Position numbers and translations under genes: made by a program | NCBI GenBank assembly: GCA_903864935.1 | Contig: CAIPHT010000017.1 | Coordinates: 16,096-80,095, forward strand | Length of the DNA stretch: 64,000 nucleotides | Source of the DNA: Candidatus Vogelbacteria bacterium | GTDB taxonomy: Bacteria > Patescibacteriota > Minisyncoccia > Phycocordibacterales > XYD1-FULL-46-19 | Reading direction: 5' to 3' | The notes under the pieces: model-generated | Database searches by the model: none | The model's input: only the letters and a program-made list of their open reading frames with translations | Told to the model about the DNA's origin: nothing | Shown here: positions 44,520 to 54,532 of the stretch, piece by piece | Position numbering within the stretch: position 1 is the stretch's first letter | Layout: every line of letters begins with the position of its first letter

Positions 44520-45497
44520 ATGTCAAATAATTACGAAGATCACATCTTCCTTATTGAGGTTGATAAAATTAAACCTAATCCTTATCAACCAAGGCGTGAA
44601 TTCAACGAAGAGCGTTTGCGAGATTTGGCTGACTCTATTAAGCAATATGGCGTCCTTCAGCCCCTCGTTGTCACGAGAAAGGAGGTGGAGCGCGAGGATG
44701 GTAGCCTCTATACCGAATACGAAATCATCGCCGGTGAGCGCCGTTGGCGTGCCTCGAAGTTGGCCGGCTTACCACAAGTCCCTGCCATTATCCGCACGGG
44801 CGAACAGAGCGACAAAGAGAAGTTGGAGCTAGCTATTATTGAGAATCTCCAACGTGAGGATTTGAATTCGGTTGACCGCGCCCAAGCTTTTGCTCGCTTG
44901 GTTTCGGAATTTGGCTTATCTCATGGCGAGGTGGGCAAACGTGTCGGCCGCAGTCGTGAGTATGTCTCGAACACCATTCGCATTCTCAATTTGCCTCAAG
45001 AAATTTTGACAGCCTTGGTCGCGGGTCAGATTGCCGAGGGTCACACCAAGCCACTCTTGATGCTGGCCGATCACCCCGAAGAACAAATCACCGTCTTCAA
45101 AGAGATTATGATTAAGAGGCTTACGGTGCGTGACACCGAGTCCATCGCCCGGCGTATTGCCTATGATCGGGTGCGCAAGAAGGAGACTTTTGTTGAGCCC
45201 GAGATCATTGAGCTCGAGAGCAAATTAACCGAGAAATATGGCAATCGAGTGAAGGTGGAGTCTAAGGGCGACACCGGCGGGCGAATTATGATTGACTTTA
45301 CTTCGTCCGACGAGCTGCGCCGCATCCTCTCCATGCTTGAGCAAGGTGGCCCGTCAAGTGTCATTGATATCCCCCTTACTGGTTTGGCCCCAGAGGAGGC
45401 GAGTCAAGAAATTAATATCGCCGAGACGAAGCCCGGACAAGAGGCCGAGCTTGAAGAGCCCGAGGACCTCTACTTCATTAAGAATTTTTCTCTTTAA
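44520..45497 (+). CDS. parB: ParB/Spo0J chromosome partitioning protein
   Basis: [41 protein letters not shown] with [10 protein letters not shown]. Confidence 0.93.
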   Translation: MSNNYEDHIFLIEVDKIKPNPYQPRREFNEERLRDLADSIKQYGVLQPLVVTRKEVEREDGSLYTEYEIIAGERRWRASKLAGLPQVPAIIRTGEQSDKEKLELAIIENLQREDLNSVDRAQAFARLVSEFGLSHGEVGKRVGRSREYVSNTIRILNLPQEILTALVAGQIAEGHTKPLLMLADHPEEQITVFKEIMIKRLTVRDTESIARRIAYDRVRKKETFVEPEIIELESKLTEKYGNRVKVESKGDTGGRIMIDFTSSDELRRILSMLEQGGPSSVIDIPLTGLAPEEASQEINIAETKPGQEAELEEPEDLYFIKNFSL

Positions 45498-46951
45498 ATT
45501 TTGTTCGTTAGGAGATAGTTGCGGATATGTCTTTTGGCATCTGTCGTTTTGGTGAAGTCGAGCCACTTCTTAGAGGGCTTACTGTTTTTACTGGTGGCAA
45601 TTTCTACTAAGTCGCCATTTTTTAATTTGGTATCAAGGCTAGACATTTTTTTATTAACTTTAGCCCCGAAGGCGTGGTGGCCGATATCGGAGTGGATGGC
45701 ATAAGCAAAATCAATGGGGGTGGCATTCTTGGGCAATTCTACAACTTCGCCCTTGGGGGTGAAGACAAAAATACGCTCATGAACTAGGCGGTCTTTCACA
45801 AAAGAGATAAACTCAGTGTCATCCTTAAGGTGCTTCTGCCATTCAATCAACTCTTCAACCCAGGCCATATCCTTGGTTATTTTTTCACCAATTGTTCCAT
45901 TTTTTTTATTTTTCTTACCTTGTTCATCGTAGACGACGTGTGAGGCAATACCGTATTCGGCTTCATTTTGCATTTGCTCGGTTCTTATTTGAATTTCTAA
46001 AGCATTGCCGTCACCAGTAAAAATTGAAGTGTGGATACTCTGATAACCGTTTGGCTTAGGGTTGGCAATATAATCCTTGAGTCGCCCAGGGATAGGGCGC
46101 CAGAGATTATGTATAACACCAAGAGCTTGATAACATTCGTCGTTGGTCTTTACGATCACGCGGAGGGCCGAGATATCATAGATCTCGTCCATGTCCATAT
46201 TTTTGCGGAGAAGTTTGGTGTAGAGGCTATAGAGATATTTGATGCGGTAGTCGATAACAAAATCTTTTAAACCGCGAGCTGATAATTCTTTTTGTAGAGT
46301 GCGATAAATTTTTTCCAAACGTTTAATTGTCTCCTTACCTTTTGTCTTTCTTAGGGCAACAACTTTTTGATAATCATCGGGAAAAGCATAAGGGAAACTG
46401 GCATCCTCAAGCATACCCTTAAGACGCCAAACACCGAGGCGGTTGGCGAGTGGGGCATAAATCTCTAGTGTTTCTAAAGCGATACGTTTTTGTTTGTCTG
46501 CTGGTAGGTGGTTTAGGGTTCGCACGTTGTGAAGGCGGTCAGCCAGACGAATCATAATAATACGAATATCCTCGGCCATGGCGACGAAGAGTTTGCGCAA
46601 ACTCTCGGCGTGACGATTGGTCCCGCGATATTTGAGAGCACCAAGCTTGGTTACTCCCTCCACCATGAAGGCAATTTGTTTGCTAAATTCACGCTCGATA
46701 TCTGCCAGCGTGACTTCGGTATCTTCAACGGTGTCGTGCAAGAGACCGGCGGCAATAGTCTCGGCGTCAGCTTTAAACTCGGCCAATATGAGGGCGGTAT
46801 TAAAAGGGTGGATAATATAAGGCTCACCTGAGGCCCGCTTCTTTTCGCCGTGCGCTTTATCAGCAAAAGCAAACGCCTTTAAAATAAGCGCTTTGTCAGC
46901 GTCGCTTGGGTCTCTCATTAGGGCAATGATTTCTTTCGGATTTATCTCCAT
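45494..46951 (-). CDS. relA: RelA/SpoT (p)ppGpp synthetase/hydrolase, short form (HD + synthetase + TGS)
   Basis: RASGEPYIIHP, LLHDTVED, ADRLHN, YAPLANRLG, KPNGYQSIHT, EIQIRT, TGS domain FTPKG...DFAYAIHS. Confidence 0.9.
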   Translation of the reverse strand: MEINPKEIIALMRDPSDADKALILKAFAFADKAHGEKKRASGEPYIIHPFNTALILAEFKADAETIAAGLLHDTVEDTEVTLADIEREFSKQIAFMVEGVTKLGALKYRGTNRHAESLRKLFVAMAEDIRIIMIRLADRLHNVRTLNHLPADKQKRIALETLEIYAPLANRLGVWRLKGMLEDASFPYAFPDDYQKVVALRKTKGKETIKRLEKIYRTLQKELSARGLKDFVIDYRIKYLYSLYTKLLRKNMDMDEIYDISALRVIVKTNDECYQALGVIHNLWRPIPGRLKDYIANPKPNGYQSIHTSIFTGDGNALEIQIRTEQMQNEAEYGIASHVVYDEQGKKNKKNGTIGEKITKDMAWVEELIEWQKHLKDDTEFISFVKDRLVHERIFVFTPKGEVVELPKNATPIDFAYAIHSDIGHHAFGAKVNKKMSSLDTKLKNGDLVEIATSKNSKPSKKWLDFTKTTDAKRHIRNYLLTNKI

Positions 46952-46978
46952 TGCCTCTAAAATAGCACAAAAGGGAAT

Positions 46979-49147
46979 TTATTTCATCCGATGGGGATTA
47001 TGATTGGCGCAAGTTTTATTAGAGCAACGCTCAGGGATAGTTTTTGTCCCCTCCATCATTAGGGACCCACACTCGGGACAAATTCGGCCCGTTGGTTTGG
47101 ATTTAATAATGTTCTTGCACTTGGGATAATTCGAACAGCCGTAGAAGACGCCAAAGCGACCGCGCTTTTCCACCATCGTCCCCACTTTGCAGATTGGGCA
47201 CTCCACACCCGTGTCGCCCTGTTTCTCTTGCCCTTCGATCACCGCATCTTTCTTAATATATTTACACTTTGGATATTTCGAACAAGCGACAAAACGGCCA
47301 AACTTGCCATCGCGCTCGACAAGGTCACCACCACAGTCGGGACATTGCTCGCCGGTTAATTTTGGGCCTTCTAATTCTTTGCCTTCGAAGGTTAGAGCCC
47401 CGTCACAATCAGGGAATTTCGAACAGCTAAAGAATTTGCCACTCTTGGCAAGTTTGATGATCATCGAAGAGCCACATTTCGGGCACTTCATATCCTTAGG
47501 GGCCTCGCCGAGGTTGGTAATTTTCTCAATTTTCTTTTTGCTGGCGATATCTTTGGTAAATGGGGTGTAGAAATCTTTAAGCGTTTTAACATAATCACGT
47601 TTGCCTTCGGCAATCTCATCAAGATTATCCTCCATCTCCGCCGTGAAGCTATCGCTAATATAATCAGCAAAATATTGGCTCAAGAAATCGCTCACCACCT
47701 CACCCGTGTCTGTCGGTTTAAGAGCCTTATTATCTTTAATAACATAACCACGATCCTGAATCGTTTTAATAATGGCGGCATAAGTACTTGGGCGACCAAT
47801 ACCACGCTTTTCTAATTCTTTAACCAAACCGGCTTCTGTATAGCGGTGAGGCGGTTCGGTTTCTTTACCAGTGGAGTTCACTTCTAAGAGTTTGAGCGGG
47901 TCGCCCTTCTCAAGTTTAGGCAAATCAATTTCTTCACCACGGGCTTCGGGGTCGGCCTTAAGCCAACCGTCGAAGAGAACGCGAGAACCAGAAGTTTCAA
48001 AAACGGGGATCTCTTTGTTGTCAGCAACCGCCGTAATCTTGGTACGCAAACTCTCAGCATCAGCCATCTGGCTCGCAACAGTACGTTGCCAGATAAGCTC
48101 ATAAAGTTTTTTCTCTTGTGGACTAGTACCAGCCGAGATAATTGTTGAGTGGGTTGGGCGAATAGCTTCGTGGGCTTCTTGAGCATTCTTGCTCTTAGTC
48201 TTGAATTGCTTTGGGTCAGAATAATTATCACCGAATCTTTTTTTAATGACACCCGTAATTTCGTCGACAGCTTGCTGTCCAAGGGTCGTGCTATCGGTAC
48301 GCATGTAAGAAATATGACCCGCTTCATAAAGTTTCTGAGCGAGACGCATAGTAATACTTGGCGCATAACCTAAGCGCGAAGAAGCGGCCTGTTGCAAGGT
48401 GGAGGTGGTGAAGGGGGCGCGAGCCGAACGTTTGGCTTTGGTCTCCTCAATACTCTCCACTTGCCAATCAGCCTTCTTGGCTCGTTCGACAATATCTGTG
48501 GCCTCTTTTTCTGTCTTAGGTTCAATTGAACAATGGAAGGGGATTTGGTTTTTCTTCTTATCCTCGAAGAGAGCATCAATCACCCAATATGCTTCGGGGA
48601 TGAAGGCCCGAATTTCTTTTTCTTTCTCGACGATTAAACGTAGGGCGGGGGATTGCACCCGGCCGGCCGAGAGGCCATAGCGCACCTTCTGCCAGATAAG
48701 CGCCGAGAGATCGTAACCAAAGAGACGGTCTAAGACACGTCGGGCTTCTTGAGCGACACGCAAATTGGTATCGATCACGCGTGGATGCTTCATTGCTTCT
48801 TGCACGGCCTCCTTAGTAATTTCGTGGAAGGCTATACGCTTGGGATTCTTTAATTTGAGGGTCTGCTCTAGATGCCAAGCAATCGCCTCACCTTCGCGGT
48901 CGGGGTCAGTGGCAAGCAAGACCTCGTCAGCTTTTTTGGTTAACTTCTTTAATTCTTCAATGACATGTTCCTTGCCTTTGCTGATCTCGTAATGGGGGAC
49001 GAAACCGCCAGAAATATCGATAGCATTCTTGTTAGATTTTGGAAGATCACGAATATGCCCAACACTCGCTCGCACGGTATAGGCATTATCTAAATACTTG
49101 GCAATAGTCTTGGCTTTTGCCGGTGATTCTACTATGAGGAGCTTCAT
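46979..49147 (-). CDS. topA: DNA topoisomerase I
   Basis: IVESPAKAKTI, ATDPDREGEAI, SAGRVQSPAL, ISYMRTDS, GIGRPSTY, C-terminal Zn ribbons. Start at MKLLIVES. Confidence 0.96.
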   Translation of the reverse strand: MKLLIVESPAKAKTIAKYLDNAYTVRASVGHIRDLPKSNKNAIDISGGFVPHYEISKGKEHVIEELKKLTKKADEVLLATDPDREGEAIAWHLEQTLKLKNPKRIAFHEITKEAVQEAMKHPRVIDTNLRVAQEARRVLDRLFGYDLSALIWQKVRYGLSAGRVQSPALRLIVEKEKEIRAFIPEAYWVIDALFEDKKKNQIPFHCSIEPKTEKEATDIVERAKKADWQVESIEETKAKRSARAPFTTSTLQQAASSRLGYAPSITMRLAQKLYEAGHISYMRTDSTTLGQQAVDEITGVIKKRFGDNYSDPKQFKTKSKNAQEAHEAIRPTHSTIISAGTSPQEKKLYELIWQRTVASQMADAESLRTKITAVADNKEIPVFETSGSRVLFDGWLKADPEARGEEIDLPKLEKGDPLKLLEVNSTGKETEPPHRYTEAGLVKELEKRGIGRPSTYAAIIKTIQDRGYVIKDNKALKPTDTGEVVSDFLSQYFADYISDSFTAEMEDNLDEIAEGKRDYVKTLKDFYTPFTKDIASKKKIEKITNLGEAPKDMKCPKCGSSMIIKLAKSGKFFSCSKFPDCDGALTFEGKELEGPKLTGEQCPDCGGDLVERDGKFGRFVACSKYPKCKYIKKDAVIEGQEKQGDTGVECPICKVGTMVEKRGRFGVFYGCSNYPKCKNIIKSKPTGRICPECGSLMMEGTKTIPERCSNKTCANHNPHRMK

Positions 49148-49484
49148 ATAATGGTTATAGTGTAGCAAGTATTAGCCTTCTTGTCACAATTTGTCAAATT
49201 GGGGATTGTTTTTGCTGTTTATTTTTTGTAAACTAAATATCAGAGGTCGACTGTCGGGAATGTCTCCCGCCGGCCGATCCAACTGCTAAACATGATGGAG
49301 GAATTTGTCATGGGAACGCAGCGGCGTCTTGTTCTGGCCAGCTTCGTCGCATAGGGTATTGAAAAGAACCCACCTAACTACGCCTTTCTTTGGTGTAGAT
49401 AGGCCCCGGTGCGAGCCCGGGTGGCGAAGGTTTGGCAAAAATGTTTTAGGGAGGCAGGCACTTTGGACCTGCGCATCCCGCCAC

Positions 49485-49526
49485 CGGCGTGCCGTTCCTA
49501 TTGGATTCGGCGCGCCTCTTTTTTTT
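49485..49526 (+). terminator. Rho-independent terminator of an unannotated ~280-nt unit
   Basis: ggcgtgccg-ttcctattggatt-cggcgcgcc-tctttttttt. Confidence 0.6.
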
Positions 49527-49557
49527 ATAAAATTATCAAAAGTCATATCAATTGACG

Positions 49558-49593
49558 CTAACTATATTTTCACGGTCGTGAATAATTTGTTAG
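49558..49593. repeat. Palindrome family D, copy upstream of the PaaX/Cas2-like gene
   Basis: ctaactatattTTCACG-GT-CGTGAAtaatttgttag. Confidence 0.8.
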
Positions 49594-49602
49594 AATAACA
49601 AG

Positions 49603-50166
49603 ATGAAGTTTAGTTTAAAACTTAAGCCAAGCGAATTGGAATCAGGCGAGCTGAGTATACCTCTTGCTGTTCTCGCCGTAATCGCTGTCTCTGGTATTAT
49701 GGCAACAGCTTCTGTGGCTCCTGGAGTGATGCCTCTTCTTAAATATTTAAAAAAGAAAAGAAAAATATATCCCTCGCATATAAACTCCTGCCTAGATCGG
49801 CTGATTAAAAATGGGTTAATTCATAAAAAGGATGGTAAATTGTCTTTAACCACAAAAGGTGAACTACGCTTATCAAAATATCAAGAAGAACTTTCCCCAA
49901 GCAGAAGAAAATGGGATAAAAAATGGCGAATTGTGATTTTTGATATTTGGGAAAAGAGTCGCAAGAAGAGAGACTTTTTGCGGAATGAATTATCCGACTT
50001 CGGTTTTGTTAAATTGCAGAATAGCGTTTGGGTGACCCCTTATGATTGTGAAGAGTATGTTAATTTATTAAAAACGGATATCGGGATTGGTCGGGGAGTT
50101 GTTTATATAATAGCCGATAAAATTGATAACGAACTCGTTCTCAAAAAGATATTTGGTTTAGTTTAG
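49603..50166 (+). CDS. PaaX-like protein (winged HTH plus Cas2-like ferredoxin-fold domain)
   Basis: LDRLIKNGLI...LSLTTKG (wHTH), then KWDKKWRIVIFDI.E...RDFLRNEL...GFVKLQNSVWVTPY. Confidence 0.8.
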   Translation: MKFSLKLKPSELESGELSIPLAVLAVIAVSGIMATASVAPGVMPLLKYLKKKRKIYPSHINSCLDRLIKNGLIHKKDGKLSLTTKGELRLSKYQEELSPSRRKWDKKWRIVIFDIWEKSRKKRDFLRNELSDFGFVKLQNSVWVTPYDCEEYVNLLKTDIGIGRGVVYIIADKIDNELVLKKIFGLV

Positions 50167-50168
50167 TC

Positions 50169-50206
50169 ACTAACTATATTCTCACGACCGTGAAAAAATA
50201 GTTAGT
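50169..50206. repeat. Palindrome family D, inverted copy downstream of the PaaX/Cas2-like gene
   Basis: actaactatattcTCACG-AC-CGTGAaaaaatagttagt, two bases after the stop codon. Confidence 0.8.
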
Positions 50207-50232
50207 CATTTAAAAATGAATTGATCTTATTT

Positions 50233-51108
50233 TTAAGCCAACCTTACTTCGCCCATGGATTCCTTAATTATGCCTTTAATCTCCATGGTGGAGAGGATGA
50301 TATTAGCTTCGCTGGCGGAGAGTTCGGCCACTTCGATAAGCTCATCGCGGGGGAAGGAGTCGGTCTCTAAGATATCAACAATTTTTTGTTCGATGGGGGA
50401 GAGGTCGAGGAAGAGGCGACCTTGCTTTTCTCTTTCTTTCTCATCAGTATTGAAGCCGAGCGCTTGGAGTAAGTTCTCACTTTTATTAATGGGCATGGCG
50501 CCTTGGCGGATTAAACTATTAGCACCACGAGAAGATGGAGAGAAGATAGAGCCCGGCACGACGAGAACATCTCGATTGTATTCCATCGCGAGGCGCGCGG
50601 TGATAAGGGTGCCCGATTTCTCCCCCGCCTCTATTATAAGAGTGGCATGAGAGAGCCCCGCCATAATGCGATTGCGCCTTGGGAAGGTGTGGAGGCCGGC
50701 GGGGCACTCGGGCTCAAGTTCGGACAAGAGACATCCCCCTCGTTCTATTATCTCGTCGGCTAAGCGATGGTTGGTAAAAGGGTGGAGAACATTGCGACTG
50801 GTGCCCGAGCCAGGGACGGCGATGGTTAGCAAATTATTTTTAAGCGCGCTCTGGTGGGCGATAGTGTCGATACCTAAAGCAAGTCCGGAGACTATAACAA
50901 TGGGGTAGCCGGCGAGTCCAGCAATTAATTCTTCGCAAGCCTCTTTGCCATAACGGGAATATTTGCGCGAGCCAACCACGGCCAAGAATTTATATTCGTT
51001 ATCTCTGGGCAAATCCCCTTCTAGATATAGAAATTCTGGCGGGTCATTGATTTCCTTAAGCAAAGCGGGGAAGTCTTTTGGCTCTAATTTTTTGAATTTA
51101 GATTTCAC
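50233..51108 (-). CDS. dprA: DNA-processing protein DprA (Smf)
   Basis: PPEFLYLEG, AVVGSRK, IVSGLALGIDT.AH, FPRRNRIMAGLS, EAGEKSGTLITA, C-terminal wHTH. Start at GTG 51108 is uncertain. Confidence 0.93.
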   Translation of the reverse strand: MKSKFKKLEPKDFPALLKEINDPPEFLYLEGDLPRDNEYKFLAVVGSRKYSRYGKEACEELIAGLAGYPIVIVSGLALGIDTIAHQSALKNNLLTIAVPGSGTSRNVLHPFTNHRLADEIIERGGCLLSELEPECPAGLHTFPRRNRIMAGLSHATLIIEAGEKSGTLITARLAMEYNRDVLVVPGSIFSPSSRGANSLIRQGAMPINKSENLLQALGFNTDEKEREKQGRLFLDLSPIEQKIVDILETDSFPRDELIEVAELSASEANIILSTMEIKGIIKESMGEVRLA

Positions 51109-51219
51109 TGATAAATATTTTAGCAAATTAAGAAATTTCTCGCACGATTTGCAAAACAATTTAGTCTTCGGCTATAATAATGAGCGGATTACAACTCAAA
51201 CATAAGGAGTGATTGCACT

Positions 51220-51339
51220 ATGGATACCGAGGAGAAGGATGTTCTGCCAGTAAGTGAATCTGAACCACTGTCGGTTAAGGTCACAAAAGACGCCGTCCCT
51301 GGTCCCAACCCCGACGAGGAGACCGAGGGCCGTTTGTAA
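51220..51339 (+). CDS. Small acidic hypothetical peptide (39 aa)
   Basis: TTGCAA...TATAAT promoter, SD AAGGAG, MDTEEKDVLPVSESEPLSVKVTKDAVPGPNPDEETEGRL, then a GC hairpin and T-tract at ~51362-51400. Confidence 0.5.
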   Translation: MDTEEKDVLPVSESEPLSVKVTKDAVPGPNPDEETEGRL

Positions 51340-51448
51340 TGATGACCTCTTGCTCTCATGCCTCCGTCCCGCTCAGCGGGCCGGGGGCGCTTTTTTTCTT
51401 CCTTATTATTTGCTATCATTAAATCAATCAATTAATCCACTATATATT

Positions 51449-52711
51449 ATGTTAGACATCAAATTCATTCGAGAGAATAAGGACCTCATTAACGAAGCCG
51501 CCCGCAAGAAGCGCTTAGACTTCAAGGTTGAAGAATTGCTTAAGATTGACGAAGAACGAGTTAAGGTTGTCTCAAGAGTTGATGAACTTCGTCGCCAGCA
51601 GAATGAAGCGAGTGATGGTATTGCCCGTGCCGAAGGAGATGAGAAAGCCAAGCTGATTGAGACAATTTCTAGCGTTAAGGGCGAACTCCAGCAAAAGGAA
51701 GAAGAGCTTAAGGAGATAATGAAGGCGTGGCAAGGTCAAATGCTCTTGGTGCCCAACATCCCCGATATTAGTGTGCCCGAGGGTGATGATGATTCTGGCA
51801 ATCAAGAGGTGAAGGTTTGGGGCGATATTCGCAAATTTGATTTCATCCCTAAGGATCATGTGGAGTTAATGACGAATCTTAAGTTGGCCGAGTTTGATCG
51901 TGGTACCAAAGTGGCCGGCTTCAGAGGTTATTTTCTTAAGAATGAAGCAGCTGAGCTCTCCATGGCGCTTTGGCACTATGCCATGAGCGTAGCGCGCGAG
52001 GATGGCTATACCCCACTTATGGCCCCGATTATTGACCGTCCGGAGATGTTTATGGGCACCGGTTACTTGCCGCAAGGTGAAGAAGATCTCTACAAGACAC
52101 AAGATGGCGAATATTTGGCTGGTACGGCCGAAGTGCCAACCATGGGTTATTATTTTGACGAAGTGATTCCGCGCGAGCACTTGCCGATTAAATTTGTCGC
52201 CTTCTCCCCTTGTTATCGTCGTGAAGCGGGGAGCCATGGCAAAGATACCAAGGGGCTTATCCGTGTGCACGAATTTTATAAAGTAGAGCAAGTGGTCTTG
52301 TGCGAGGCAAGTCATGAGGAGAGTGTGAAGTATCACGAAGCGATTCTCTCCAACGCCGAGAAAATTATGCAAGGTCTGGAGATTCCTTATCACGTCGTGG
52401 TCAATTGTACTGGTGACCTTGGTCAAGGTCAGGTGAAGAAATATGATATTGAGGCTTGGGTGCCATCAGAGAATAAATATCGTGAGACTCACTCCATCTC
52501 TTACTTCCATGACTTCCAAACTCGTCGTTCGAATATTAGATATAAAGATGCTGAAGGTAAAATGCGACTTACTCATTCTCTAAACGGCACGGCTCTGGCC
52601 TCGCCACGTATTCTCGTGGCTCTTCTTGAAAATAACCAACAAGCCGATGGCTCCATCTTGATTCCTAAAGTTCTCCAGCCTTATATGGGTGGGCGCACTG
52701 TTATCAAATAA
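51449..52711 (+). CDS. serS: Seryl-tRNA synthetase
   Basis: MLDIKFIREN, GTAEVP, SPCYRREAGS.GKDTKGLIRVHEF.KVE, HSLNGTALASPR. Confidence 0.96.
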   Translation: MLDIKFIRENKDLINEAARKKRLDFKVEELLKIDEERVKVVSRVDELRRQQNEASDGIARAEGDEKAKLIETISSVKGELQQKEEELKEIMKAWQGQMLLVPNIPDISVPEGDDDSGNQEVKVWGDIRKFDFIPKDHVELMTNLKLAEFDRGTKVAGFRGYFLKNEAAELSMALWHYAMSVAREDGYTPLMAPIIDRPEMFMGTGYLPQGEEDLYKTQDGEYLAGTAEVPTMGYYFDEVIPREHLPIKFVAFSPCYRREAGSHGKDTKGLIRVHEFYKVEQVVLCEASHEESVKYHEAILSNAEKIMQGLEIPYHVVVNCTGDLGQGQVKKYDIEAWVPSENKYRETHSISYFHDFQTRRSNIRYKDAEGKMRLTHSLNGTALASPRILVALLENNQQADGSILIPKVLQPYMGGRTVIK

Positions 52712-52714
52712 AAA

Positions 52715-53575
52715 ATGGCCCTATCTAAAGCCGAAATTTTACAAGCTAGTCGGGAGCGTGACCGGCATAAGCGGCAGGGAGCCGTTTTTATAGGAGTGGG
52801 TCTTATTATTCTTATTGTTGGTGTCTTTTTGATTCTCCTCAACCTTTCTTTTTTGCGGGTTAACAATGTGAAGATTATTGGCCAAACTAGCGCCGACCCA
52901 GATACGATCAAAGAGTTCGTGAATAAACAATTGACCGGACGGTATCTCGGTCTTGTCCCCAAGAGTAGTATTTTCTTTGTCACTAAGAGTGTTCTCGTTA
53001 ATGGGGTTTCGCGAGAATTCCCTGGCTTGGCTAAGGTGAGTATTACTTGGCCTGACCTCAACACTTTGGCTATTCTCATTGTTGATCGTGAGTCTAAAGT
53101 GCTCTGGTGTGTGGATGGTGAGAAAGATAAGAGTTGTTATTACTTATCACCTGAGGGGCTGGCTTATCAAGAAGCGCCAAGTTTCTCCGACGCCCTTTTT
53201 ATTGAACTGCATACTAAGCAACCTTTGAAAAAAATAGGGGAGAAGGTGATTGATCCAAAAACTTTAATCAGAACGACAGCCTTTCTTAATTTTATGAAGA
53301 GCTCAATGACCTTATGGCCTAAGTCGGGATTACTTTTGTCGCGCGCCGAGGTTTATTCGCAAAATGATTTTATTGCTTTTCTCTTCGACCCTGCTAATCC
53401 CGCTTGGCAAGCGCAAGTTCTCTTTAATGTTGATCGTGGGGCCAATAACTTGATTACCGACTTCCACTCCGTCCTTAAGAACGACAAATTCCAGTCCGAT
53501 TGGAAGGCGGGCAACGGCGGGCTCAATTATCTTGACCTCCGCTTCCCTGGGAAGGTTTTTTACAGGTTCCGCTAA
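52715..53575 (+). CDS. ftsQ: FtsQ/DivIB-like cell division protein
   Basis: N-terminal TM, POTRA-like segment (VKIIG...FPGLAKVSITWPDLNTLAILIVDRE), C-terminal YLDLRFPGKVFYR. Confidence 0.65.
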   Translation: MALSKAEILQASRERDRHKRQGAVFIGVGLIILIVGVFLILLNLSFLRVNNVKIIGQTSADPDTIKEFVNKQLTGRYLGLVPKSSIFFVTKSVLVNGVSREFPGLAKVSITWPDLNTLAILIVDRESKVLWCVDGEKDKSCYYLSPEGLAYQEAPSFSDALFIELHTKQPLKKIGEKVIDPKTLIRTTAFLNFMKSSMTLWPKSGLLLSRAEVYSQNDFIAFLFDPANPAWQAQVLFNVDRGANNLITDFHSVLKNDKFQSDWKAGNGGLNYLDLRFPGKVFYRFR

Positions 53576-53590
53576 AGGCGCGAGGCTTTT

Positions 53591-53680
53591 CAAAATTACT
53601 AAGCCTCGCTTAACTGCCGGGCTACAAATGAGGGGATTTTTGACATTGACAGGGAGGTATTGTTAGTGCTATAATTAAAG
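53591..53680 (+). promoter_or_regulatory. Repeated ~90-bp promoter module, copy 1
   Basis: caaaattactaagcctcgcttaactgccgggctacaaat...TTGACA (53646), 18 nt, TGcTATAAT; similar to 54533-54622. Confidence 0.75.
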
Positions 53681-53739
53681 TAGAAAGAATAAACGGCTAC
53701 TGGCAAAGCCAGCAAGCTTTTGAAAAGGAAGGAGCTGCT

Positions 53740-54357
53740 ATGAAGGATCCTCTTACCATTCTCTTTGTTGAGGATGGCGATGGACACTTTGCTGACCTGC
53801 AGCAGATGCTGGCCATCGAGATTCCTCGCTTGCCGATCCGGGTCAACGCGCTTTTTGCTCGCACCCAAGTCGAAGCCGAGGCCCTGCTAAATCAGGCTGA
53901 TGCCGTGATGACCGATGTTTTCTTTCCCGCCGAAGTCGGAGACAAAGAAGCCGGTAACGGTCTGGCAATTGTCGCGCTCTGCTTGGAGAAGAAAAAACCC
54001 GTGGTTTGGATCACAAGCACCTATCATCATGGGACGAAGACTGACCCTCTCAACGAATGGGGGTGTAAACACGGCCTCAAGATGTTCGACTCCTGCACTC
54101 CGGACTCAACTAGTGAGAACGATACAGAGGGCGATCATAAGCCGTGGAAGTCAGCCCTTTTGGGACTCTTCTATGTGATTGTGGCTGTCGAAAGCGGGGC
54201 GGCGATCTTCAAGGATGGCTGCATTATTCAGAGCCGTAACGGTCATGGCCTTCATCACTGCATGTACGATATACATTACTATTGCAGTGGGGAAGGAGAC
54301 CTCTCTCGGGAGCCGGTTCTGATCAAGATGAAGGAAGAGGGGTTCCCCCTCGACTGA
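53740..54357 (+). CDS. Hypothetical protein with an N-terminal receiver-like domain
   Basis: SD AAGGAG; ILFVEDGD...DAVMTDVFFP...NGLAIV...PVVWITS. A terminator hairpin follows at 54377-54412. Confidence 0.65.
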   Translation: MKDPLTILFVEDGDGHFADLQQMLAIEIPRLPIRVNALFARTQVEAEALLNQADAVMTDVFFPAEVGDKEAGNGLAIVALCLEKKKPVVWITSTYHHGTKTDPLNEWGCKHGLKMFDSCTPDSTSENDTEGDHKPWKSALLGLFYVIVAVESGAAIFKDGCIIQSRNGHGLHHCMYDIHYYCSGEGDLSREPVLIKMKEEGFPLD

Positions 54358-54532
54358 ACTCTTTCCACAATACTTTCCGCCCGCAGTGCCGCCTGGCTCT
54401 GTCGGGCGGTTTCTGTTTATCTCAATTATATGTGAAGCCCCGAGTGCTTCACATCATCCGACCGTGCCCGCCAAAGCTTTAGTGTCAGCGGCGGTTGTTT
54501 TACTGAACGAGCCCTCGCTTGAATCCCCAGCT

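Noticed and set aside
49569-49582. TTCACG-GT-CGTGAA as a parS site for the nearby parB
   Set aside because: Canonical parS is TGTTTCACGTGAAACA with a contiguous CACGTG centre; the extra central bases and different flanks do not fit, although a divergent parS cannot be fully excluded.
49603-50166. CRISPR-Cas locus suggested by the Cas2-like motif
   Set aside because: No repeat-spacer array and no cas1 or effector gene in the window; the N-terminal wHTH fits the PaaX-like family.
51254-51448. N-terminal extensions of serS (and of dnaX, topA, dprA) in the ORF track
   Set aside because: Conserved N-termini begin at downstream starts, and the extensions cross terminators or promoters.
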